Translations under genes and position numbers: made by a program
Notes under the pieces: generated by a model
What the model was told of the DNA's origin: nothing
Seen by the model: only the letters and a program-made list of their open reading frames with translations
The model's database searches: none
Shown: positions 1-6,211 of the stretch, piece after piece
Numbering within the stretch: the first letter of the stretch is position 1
Layout of the letters: each line of letters starts with the position of its first letter
Origin: a virus
Lineage: Duplodnaviria > Heunggongvirae > Uroviricota > Caudoviricetes
Reading direction: 5' to 3' (one strand)
DNA: 9,150 nt
Virus record (IMG/VR): IMGVR_UViG_2541047807_000006

Positions 1-1239
1 ATGAGCAGGGCAATTCATAGACTTAGCGACACTCTTTTACGAAAATTAAGCGGATCACCAACCACAAAAAACACCTTTTTTAATGATGGTGGCAACCTTA
101 GCGTAAGGCATTCAACCAATGGCCTGTTAACCTGGTATTTCACTTACAGGGCCGGAACTGGCAGGCAGGTATCACCGGAACGCCTGAGACTGGGCAACTA
201 TCCCGATCTGAGCCTGAAAGCAGCCAGAGAAAAAGCGGCACAGTGTCGCGCCTGGCTGGCGGAGGGGAAAAATCCACGCCATGAGCTTAATCACACAGTG
301 CAGGAAGCGTTAGCACCTGTAACGGTTAAGGACGCGATCACTTACTGGCTTGAGTCATACGCGAAGGAAAAGCGCACTGACCACGAATCACTGAAAAGCC
401 GGATCAATAAGCACATAATCAGCCAGATTGGTGCTATGCCGCTGGATAAATGCGAGTTACGCCACTGGCTGGCCTGTTTTGACCAGCTTGCTAAGCGTAA
501 TCCGGTATCAGCCGGCTTTTTGTTGCAGGTATGCAAGCAGGCGCTTAAGTACTGCCGTAAACGTCGCTACGCCGTCAGTAACGTTCTTGATGATATGGTC
601 GTAGGTGATGTGGGAAAAAAAGCAGAAATAAGCGAGCGAGTGCTAACAAACAAGGAGCTTGGCGAGCTACTCCGCGCACTGGATGAAAAAATTTTCCCGC
701 CGTACTACAGCGCCTTAATTCGCCTTCTGATTGTCTTTGGATGCCGTACCACTGAGCTAAGACGCTCCGAGGTTCAGGAATGGGATTTTAAAGAAATGCT
801 CTGGACTGTGCCGAAAGAACACAGCAAAACGAAGGTAGCAATATTCAGGCCAATACCGGAAGCGATCTTGCCGTTTGTCATGAAGCTGGTGGAGAAGAAC
901 AGGCACACGGGCTTATTGCTTGGAGAACTGAAAGGGCAATCATCCGTAGCAGAGTACGGAAGAACGGCACACAGACGCATTAATCAAGCCCCCTGGTCGT
1001 TGCATGACATCCGGCACACATTTACAACCATGCTGAACGATTTAGGCGTGGATCCGCATATTGTCGAGCAGCTTACCGCCCACCAGATGCCGGGGATGCA
1101 ACGAGTCTATAACCACTCCCGTTATCTTGATGCAAAACGTGATGCTCTTAATCTATGGGTAGACCGTCTCGAGCTTCTCCAGAACAATGATGAAAAAATC
1201 GTTGTTATGACCCCGCGAATTTACCCCCAAAATTCTTGA
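1..1239 (+). CDS. int: Tyrosine recombinase / phage integrase (P4-type), 412 aa
   Basis: Long ORF starting at window position 1. C-terminal catalytic region HDIRHTFTT...MPGMQRVYNHSRY carries the H-x-x-R and terminal Tyr pattern of tyrosine recombinases, and the N-terminus resembles the arm-binding domain of P4-family integrases. The upstream att/tRNA context lies outside the window, and the true start could be upstream. Confidence 0.9.
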   Translation: MSRAIHRLSDTLLRKLSGSPTTKNTFFNDGGNLSVRHSTNGLLTWYFTYRAGTGRQVSPERLRLGNYPDLSLKAAREKAAQCRAWLAEGKNPRHELNHTVQEALAPVTVKDAITYWLESYAKEKRTDHESLKSRINKHIISQIGAMPLDKCELRHWLACFDQLAKRNPVSAGFLLQVCKQALKYCRKRRYAVSNVLDDMVVGDVGKKAEISERVLTNKELGELLRALDEKIFPPYYSALIRLLIVFGCRTTELRRSEVQEWDFKEMLWTVPKEHSKTKVAIFRPIPEAILPFVMKLVEKNRHTGLLLGELKGQSSVAEYGRTAHRRINQAPWSLHDIRHTFTTMLNDLGVDPHIVEQLTAHQMPGMQRVYNHSRYLDAKRDALNLWVDRLELLQNNDEKIVVMTPRIYPQNS

Positions 1240-1280
1240 CAAATTACGGCTGTTTTTTCTTTAAGAGATTACAGCCGTGA

Positions 1281-1320
1281 ATAAATCGTAGAATATCGGA
1301 AAATATCTGCAAATATCTTC
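1281..1320. repeat. Four tandem 10-bp phased repeats, consensus (A)AATATC, in the int-alpA intergenic region
   Basis: Seen directly: ATAAATCGTA / GAATATCGGA / AAATATCTGC / AAATATCTTC with exact 10-bp periodicity. Function as binding sites or curved DNA is inferred. Confidence 0.4.
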
Positions 1321-1658
1321 GCTTTATATATGTCAACCATCAAAAAATTGGAATGTCTTCTTCTGAACTTTTATTCTCTGTTTCTTGATTGTTCCAACAC
1401 TTGATGGTTTATCTATTTGTTTTTAATGAGATAATTCAAGCGTAATGCCAAGTAACGACATTTTTTGTTGCATCGCTTAAAAACTCGTGACACGATTTTA
1501 AACACTAACGAGCTTCTACGAACCTTAGCGAACAAAGCCTTTAGCAAGGTTGTGTTTTTAATTTAAGAGGTGAAAAAAGAATCTAAGTAATATCCGATCT
1601 CATATATCTACAGCTAAGAGAAAAGTTTATATACGTAATTTTTTATGTAGGTTTTTGT

Positions 1659-1868
1659 ATGCGTGAAATAAATGAAGATCGCGTAATCCGTGAGGATGAA
1701 TGTCGTAAGTTAACTGGAGTGTGTCGCACTACACGCTATGAACTGGAGAAAAAAGGGAATTTCCCGTCACGCCGTAATCTGGGCGGTCGTTCTGTAGGTT
1801 GGCTGCTGTCCGAGGTTATGGAATGGGTTAAAAGCCGGGATCGCATTAATTCAGGCAAGGCAGCGTAA
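1659..1868 (+). CDS. alpA: AlpA-family phage transcriptional regulator / excisionase-like protein, 69 aa
   Basis: Sequence LTGVCRTTRYELEKKGNFPSRRNLGGRSVGWLLSEVMEWV matches the AlpA/Vis-type winged-HTH pattern (HTH followed by GxRxVGW...EV.EW). Its size and position directly after int are typical of P4-like and Gram-negative PICI elements. Confidence 0.85.
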   Translation: MREINEDRVIREDECRKLTGVCRTTRYELEKKGNFPSRRNLGGRSVGWLLSEVMEWVKSRDRINSGKAA

Positions 1869-1982
1869 AGGGGAGCATATGACATATAAAACAAAGGCGA
1901 CCGGGGGCGGTCGCCAATGGATACACACTAAACTTGAACGCATCACCAACAATGCCACATTTGCGGCTGGTGGGCAATGTGA

Positions 1983-2171
1983 TCAGTCAGATTTGGTTCG
2001 TTCCAAGGTTTGCAACGAGAGCTTTTTCCTGTGCTCTTTAAGGAATTTCTCAAGAGCAAAAGCACATGGCGCGAATCTTTCTGATTCATGCTCTATCTTT
2101 CTGCGCCGTCTTTTCCGTGCCGGTGATAATGTTTTGGTCAATTCTTTATCGGTCATTGTGTTGTCCTGCAT
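1983..2171 (-). CDS. Hypothetical small basic protein (62 aa), possibly co-transcribed downstream of the RHH gene
   Basis: ORF on the same strand, 42 bp downstream of the RHH gene stop. Very basic (KRRRRK) with no recognisable motif. No clear Shine-Dalgarno at the first ATG; a weak AGGA precedes the internal ATG (MTDKE...). Could be spurious. Confidence 0.25.
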   Translation of the reverse strand: MQDNTMTDKELTKTLSPARKRRRRKIEHESERFAPCAFALEKFLKEHRKKLSLQTLERTKSD

Positions 2172-2213
2172 AGCAATGCGCCGTAGTTACTCACACCACG
2201 GCGCTGGTGATGG

Positions 2214-2393
2214 TTACTCCTGCTCTTTGGCCTTGCGACGCTGGCGGCGTTTGATCTCGCCTTTTGCGGCAGTAACTAAAAAACCAGCGGTACTTTCGCC
2301 AGGTTCTTTAAGTTGCTCAATATCATCCATTACTTCATGTGGGATTCTGACAGTTGTCATTTGTGATTTTGCGTTCTTTGCACCAGTTGCCAT
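2214..2393 (-). CDS. Ribbon-helix-helix (CopG/Arc-like) DNA-binding protein, about 59 aa
   Basis: Start trimmed to the internal ATG at 2393, which is preceded by AGGAGA with 7-nt spacing. The protein MATGAKNAKSQMTTVRIPHEVMDDIEQL... has an N-terminal beta-strand (TVRIP) followed by two helices, as in RHH folds. The N-terminal 56 codons of the track ORF run through an AT-rich region and look non-coding. An alternative start is the ATG at 2360 (48 aa). Confidence 0.55.
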   Translation of the reverse strand: MATGAKNAKSQMTTVRIPHEVMDDIEQLKEPGESTAGFLVTAAKGEIKRRQRRKAKEQE

Positions 2394-2459
2394 TTCTGGA
2401 TCTCCTAAAAATTGGTGTATGTCAGTATACGCAAAAAAAATGATAAAAAAAGGCTTGAA

Positions 2460-2505
2460 GTGTATTTCACCAGTGAGTAAATTAAAAAGCAAAGGTGAAA
2501 TACAC
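2460..2505. promoter_or_regulatory. Perfect 12-bp inverted repeat GTGTATTTCACC-N22-GGTGAAATACAC in the divergent promoter region; candidate operator
   Basis: Seen directly. It lies in the AT-rich gap between the minus-strand RHH gene and the plus-strand small-gene operon. The operator role is inferred. Confidence 0.45.
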
Positions 2506-2586
2506 CTGAAAGAGCAACGCCCCGCAGTGCTCGCAACACATGCAGGGCGTCTAACCACCAACGATAGAAAGCGTATCGAGGTAGCT

Positions 2587-2790
2587 ATGTTAAATCATAC
2601 CACACACCCGCAAGGGCGGGACTCGCACAACCTGAATAAATACATCTGGCGTTTTATCGCCCTGAGCACGGCACAACCGCGCGTAATCCACATCGAGGCC
2701 ACCAGCGAACAGAAAGCCCGTCAGCAATCCCCGGCTGGCTACGTGATGGTATTCGCCGCCCGTATTCGTCAGGGGGTGTGCCATGCCTGA
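2587..2790 (+). CDS. Small hypothetical protein, 67 aa (possibly Icd-like; tentative)
   Basis: Internal ATG at 2587 preceded by GAGG with 5-nt spacing. Only the last 67 codons of the 303-codon frame look protein-like (YIWRFIALSTAQPRVIHIEATSEQKARQQSPAGYVMVFAARIRQG). The stop overlaps the next start (ATGCCTGA). Resemblance to Icd-like small proteins of P4-like prophages is from memory and unverified. Confidence 0.5.
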   Translation: MLNHTTHPQGRDSHNLNKYIWRFIALSTAQPRVIHIEATSEQKARQQSPAGYVMVFAARIRQGVCHA

Positions 2791-3103
2791 TATGTCAAAT
2801 TACCAGTACCTGATTAATCCGCATTTTAACTGTGAGCATGATATTGCTAAAAAGGTTTATTCCGCTGCTGATGGGGCTACTGACAATATATCAATGGCTG
2901 TTGCGTCAATTGGTAGCCTGATGTGGCATGCGTCAGAAAATGAGGACTATGACGAAAAGGCCATGCGCATTGATATGGGTAATATCGGTTTGTTACTGGC
3001 AATGCTTGGGCAGTTTGATATTTCGTTACGGTGCACCATTGAAAATGCCACAGATGCATTAAATGCCATAAAGAAAGCGAATACTGATTCAAATCGGGGA
3101 TAA
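2783..3103 (+). CDS. Hypothetical protein, 106 aa
   Basis: ORF with a GGGGG Shine-Dalgarno upstream, overlapping the stop of the preceding ORF by 8 nt. No recognisable motif. Confidence 0.55.
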   Translation: MPDMSNYQYLINPHFNCEHDIAKKVYSAADGATDNISMAVASIGSLMWHASENEDYDEKAMRIDMGNIGLLLAMLGQFDISLRCTIENATDALNAIKKANTDSNRG

Positions 3104-3109
3104 ATAATC

Positions 3110-3409
3110 ATGAGAACATATTTATCTGGCTTGACTGCCAGCGGTTATGCACACCCCAAAATTATCCCCGGCGCTATTTATCTGGATAAGAACGGTAACA
3201 GAGTAACGGTAAAAGAACTGATGTTTGACCGTGTGTATTTTATTCGTGATGGCTATTCATTTCATAGTTCGCTGAACGTGGAGATCTTTATTAGCAGATT
3301 CCGGCGGGAAATCCCGACTTCCAGAAATAACCATGTGTCACGTGTGGATGTGGATAAAAAACTGCAGGAACTGAAAAACATGATTGCCGCGTGGAGAGAG
3401 CCGAAATGA
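3110..3409 (+). CDS. Hypothetical protein, 99 aa
   Basis: ORF with GGGGA upstream. Its stop TGA (3407-3409) overlaps the ATG (3406-3408) of the primase gene in an ATGA arrangement, indicating translational coupling. No recognisable motif. Confidence 0.55.
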   Translation: MRTYLSGLTASGYAHPKIIPGAIYLDKNGNRVTVKELMFDRVYFIRDGYSFHSSLNVEIFISRFRREIPTSRNNHVSRVDVDKKLQELKNMIAAWREPK

Positions 3410-5223
3410 AAAAAGCGCCAAATTTAAAACACCAGCCGCGTGACAAAATGACGGAAGTCATCATTTTTGCGGGTAGTGATGCGTGGGCACATGCGAAGCA
3501 GTGGCAGGAACAGGACGGGCGACTGGCTGGCGATAACGTGCCACCTGTCTGGCTTGGAGAGCAACAACTTGCCGAACTGGACAACCTGCAAATCGTACCG
3601 GACGGACGCTATCGCGTGCGTCTCTACCAGGCGGGGTTATTGCGTCCGGGGCTTGTTAATACCATCGGGCAGAAACTGGCAGCGGCAGGTGTCAGGGATG
3701 CTGATTATTACCCTGAAGGAATGCACAGCCAGAAACGGGAGAACTGGCGCGAATATCTGGAACGTGAACGGGCAGAGCTGGCGGAAAAGAAAAAGGTAGT
3801 TGAACTGCCTGTAAAGAAAAAAGAGCGGGTAAAAGACGATAACGCTTCATCACTGGCGCTTAACCAGATGGGAGCAAGTCAACGCGGCGAAGTTCTCCTG
3901 GCACATTATGGCGGTGAACTGGCGATTCATGCTGACTCTGACACTGTTCACCATTACAACGGCGTTGTATGGGAGCCGGTTCAGGATAAAGAGTTACAGC
4001 GTGCTATGGCGCAGATTTTCATTGATGCGGAGATCAGCTATTCGCAGAACGCCATTAAATCGGCGGTCGATACCATGAAGTTAAGTTTGCCTGTAATGGG
4101 GAATACAGCCCGTAACCTGATTGGATTCAGTAACGGGGTATTTGATACCAGAACAGGTAATTTTCGGGAGCATAACAAAAACGACTGGTTGTTAATTGCC
4201 AGTGAATTACCTTTCAGCCCACCAGCAGAGGGGGAAACGCTGGCAACACATGCGCCGAATTTCTGGAAGTGGTTACGCCGTTCGGTGGCTGAGAATGACC
4301 GCAAGGCGGATCGCGTACTGGCTGCCTTATTCATGGTGCTGGCGAACCGGTACGACTGGCAGTTATTCATTGAGGTAACAGGTCCAGGGGGAAGTGGTAA
4401 AAGCGTGATGGCGGAGATTTGCACCATGCTGGCGGGTAAGGCCAACACAGTATCGGCAAGCATGAAGGCGCTGGAAGATGCAAGGGAACGCGCGTTAGTG
4501 GTTGGCTTTTCGCTGATTATCATGCCGGATATGACCCGCTACGCTGGTGATGGGGCAGGGATTAAGGCCATTACAGGCGGTGACAAGGTGGCAATTGACC
4601 CGAAACACAAAGCCCCCTACTCAACGCGTATTCCGGCAGTAGTGCTGGCGGTTAACAATAACGCCATGTCATTCAGTGACCGCAGCGGGGGGATCTCACG
4701 TCGTCGGGTGATATTCAATTTTTCGGAAGTTGTACCGGAGAACGAACGTGATCCAATGCTGGCGGAAAAAATAGAAGGTGAGCTGGCGGTAGTGATTCGC
4801 CATCTGCTTACACGGTTTGCTGACCAGGACGAAGCCAGACGCCTGTTATATGAGCAGCAGAAATCTGAAGAAGCACTGGCGATAAAGCGAGAGGGGGATT
4901 CGCTGGTGGACTTCTGCGGCTATCTCATGGCGTCGGTAATGTGTGATGGCCTGTTAGTGGGTAATGCTGAAATTGTGCCATTCAGCCCACGCAGGTATCT
5001 CTATCATGCCTATCTGGCTTATATGAGGGCACATGGGTTTGGTAAACCTGTAACACTGACGCGCTTCGGTAAAGATATGCCGGGGGCAATGGCGGAATAT
5101 GGCAGGGAGTATATGAAACGGAAAACGAAGCACGGTTTGCGTTCAAACGTGACACTGACGGAGGAATCAGAAGACTGGATGCCATCATGTGTATCGGTCA
5201 CTAATGACGATAGCAAAAATTAA
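3406..5223 (+). CDS. P4 alpha-like replication primase/helicase (D5_N-like region plus SF3-type P-loop NTPase), about 605 aa
   Basis: Walker A GPGGSGKS and a Walker B-like LIIMPDM are seen directly, and the NGVFDTRTGNFREH region resembles D5 N-terminal-type domains. The track start at 3391 is a GTG; the ATG at 3406 has GGAGAG upstream and overlaps the preceding stop, so is preferred. The gene is immediately followed by TGTTCACC iterons. Confidence 0.88.
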   Translation: MKKAPNLKHQPRDKMTEVIIFAGSDAWAHAKQWQEQDGRLAGDNVPPVWLGEQQLAELDNLQIVPDGRYRVRLYQAGLLRPGLVNTIGQKLAAAGVRDADYYPEGMHSQKRENWREYLERERAELAEKKKVVELPVKKKERVKDDNASSLALNQMGASQRGEVLLAHYGGELAIHADSDTVHHYNGVVWEPVQDKELQRAMAQIFIDAEISYSQNAIKSAVDTMKLSLPVMGNTARNLIGFSNGVFDTRTGNFREHNKNDWLLIASELPFSPPAEGETLATHAPNFWKWLRRSVAENDRKADRVLAALFMVLANRYDWQLFIEVTGPGGSGKSVMAEICTMLAGKANTVSASMKALEDARERALVVGFSLIIMPDMTRYAGDGAGIKAITGGDKVAIDPKHKAPYSTRIPAVVLAVNNNAMSFSDRSGGISRRRVIFNFSEVVPENERDPMLAEKIEGELAVVIRHLLTRFADQDEARRLLYEQQKSEEALAIKREGDSLVDFCGYLMASVMCDGLLVGNAEIVPFSPRRYLYHAYLAYMRAHGFGKPVTLTRFGKDMPGAMAEYGREYMKRKTKHGLRSNVTLTEESEDWMPSCVSVTNDDSKN

Positions 5224-5236
5224 ACTTATGGAATAA

Positions 5237-5459
5237 CTGTTCACCACTGTTCACCCTGTCATAAATATCTTTTATATCAGTATATTATAGGGTGAACAGT
5301 TATTTATGAACTGTTCACCAAACTATTCACTGTTCACCTTTTTGGTTGTTTATTGAGCTTCAAGGGTGAACAGTGGTGAACAGTTGGTGAATAGTTTTTG
5401 TGAAACTGTTCACCCCTTAACATTATGAATTAAAAGAGAAAATATCAAAAGGTGAACAG
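5237..5459. repeat. Iteron array of about 10 copies of CTGTTCACC / GGTGAACAG in both orientations; candidate P4-type replication origin (ori/crr-like)
   Basis: Seen directly: tandem copies at 5237-5245 and 5247-5255; inverted pair GGTGAACAGTTA-TTTAT-GAACTGTTCACC (5291-5319); further copies at 5330-5338, 5365-5373, 5375-5383, 5406-5414 and 5451-5459, with a degenerate GGTGAATAG at 5386-5394. The octamer TGTTCACC is, from established knowledge, the type I iteron bound by P4 alpha protein. Confidence 0.75.
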
Positions 5460-5596
5460 GTGAAGGGTTAAAACGCAAAAATTTTAATTTACTGCTGTGA
5501 GATAAAGCCTATGACAGCGAAGCACACCAAAACAACAGGCGGGGAATGATGATCCGTACGGGGATAACATACCGTTTTAAGCAACGAGTAACAGAA

Positions 5597-5618
5597 GCCG
5601 GAGCAATCCGCCTTTTTT
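5597..5618 (+). terminator. Terminator-like hairpin GCCGGA-GCAA-TCCGCC followed by T6; 5' end of repeat copy 1
   Basis: Seen directly: 6-bp stem with one C-C mismatch, a GNRA-type GCAA loop, then TTTTTT. The structure, not the stem sequence, is shared with the copy-2 hairpin. Confidence 0.45.
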
Positions 5619-5692
5619 ATGGGTCCTCCCGGTGGAGTGGTCTGCCACGGGGCGGGAGCGTCGCGGAAAAAGGCTGGTTTTTGCATTTTCAT
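5608..5692 (+). repeat. Direct repeat copy 1 (85-bp conserved core, GC-rich with internal dyad symmetry)
   Basis: Three mismatches over 85 bp against 8143-8227. Contains nested complementary segments CTCCCG...CGGGAG and GTGG...CCAC. Confidence 0.85.
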
Positions 5693-5879
5693 GGCGGCGG
5701 CAGCATGTGTGATAATTTATTGATAATTAAAAGTTATTTCTGTTTTCACCTGTACAATATTTTTTTCTCCCTGTCATTAGACCAGTTTGCAATTAATTGA
5801 AATATATAAATAAATCTGTTTTTCACCTGCCAGGTGGAGTTGCCTGTGTCAAAACGTGTTCAGATGGCGGGATATTTAT

Positions 5880-5902
5880 GCCGGATTTTCTCCGGCTTTT
5901 TT
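5880..5902 (+). terminator. Rho-independent terminator-like hairpin GCCGGA-TTTTC-TCCGGC followed by T6, in the leader upstream of the capsid operon
   Basis: Seen directly: perfect 6-bp stem, 5-nt loop and a downstream TTTTTT tract, about 100 bp upstream of the first ORF of the capsid operon. Confidence 0.55.
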
Positions 5903-6004
5903 GTGTCTGAATCTCATTAATCTATTTTTATGATAGAAATATGTTTATCTACCACTTTTATCGATCAATAATGTGCACAGTTTAGTCAGTAAGAGGAAGT
6001 TACT

Positions 6005-6211
6005 GTGAGTTGTATTAATGACCTGAACACGGGCGATATCAGGGGTGGTTCCGTTCATCTGGATGCGCAGACCGTTATGCGCCTTAAGCAGTACAGGATC
6101 GACCATATAAATCATCATCCTGACAAACCATTACCAGGTGTGGCGCAGATTGTCAGACATGCCGTAAACACCTGGCTTAATCAGAATGGTTTTGCATCGG
6201 TGGGGGAATAA
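6005..6211 (+). CDS. Hypothetical small protein, 68 aa, GTG start, translationally coupled to the protease-capsid gene
   Basis: GTG at 6005 preceded by AAGAGGAAG. The stop TAA overlaps the ATG of the next gene (TAATG at 6209-6213). No recognisable motif. Confidence 0.45.
   Translation: MSCINDLNTGDIRGGSVHLDAQTVMRLKQYRIDHINHHPDKPLPGVAQIVRHAVNTWLNQNGFASVGE

Noticed and set aside
342-980. Minus-strand ORFs within the integrase gene (342-536, 774-980)
   Set aside because: They are antisense to the integrase CDS with no independent support.
1896-1915. GGCGACC/GGTCGCC palindrome as a second cos site
   Set aside because: It shares only a 7-mer with the lambda cohesive end and is a symmetric hairpin. 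No terminase gene is adjacent, so a chance match is more likely.
1879-2790. The 303-aa plus-strand ORF as a single protein-coding gene
   Set aside because: It runs antisense across the RHH gene (which has a good RBS and fold signature) and across an AT-rich intergenic promoter region. Its translation is Cys/Ser/Arg/Lys-rich and low-complexity except for the last 67 codons, which are annotated separately as 2587-2790.
2590-3584. Minus-strand ORFs 2590-2784, 2877-3092 and 3291-3584
   Set aside because: They are antisense to the coupled plus-strand small-ORF operon and primase start, and the plus-strand frames have RBSs and coupling overlaps.
3467-4523. ORFs inside the primase gene in other frames or strands (3467-3799 +, 4038-4523 -, 4196-4378 +)
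   Set aside because: They lie entirely within a well-supported long CDS, lack motifs, and have compositions typical of off-frame translation.
5237-5459. Possibility that the short repeat array is a CRISPR array
   Set aside because: The repeats are only 8-9 bp, occur in both orientations with irregular spacing and no unique spacers of uniform length, and match the iteron pattern of a replication origin instead.
5489-5692. Minus-strand 67-aa ORF starting MKMQKPAFFRDAPAPWQTTPPGGP, together with its paralogue at 8033-8227
   Set aside because: Both begin inside the conserved repeat, share only the repeat-encoded N-terminus and then diverge into unrelated sequence, one of them antisense to the capsid gene. 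The nucleotide-level conservation with a structured hairpin indicates a non-coding element.
5546-5800. Plus-strand 84-aa ORF overlapping repeat copy 1
   Set aside because: It overlaps the terminator and repeat, has a low-complexity hydrophobic tail (FCFHLYNIFFSLSL) from AT-rich sequence, and has no equivalent at repeat copy 2.
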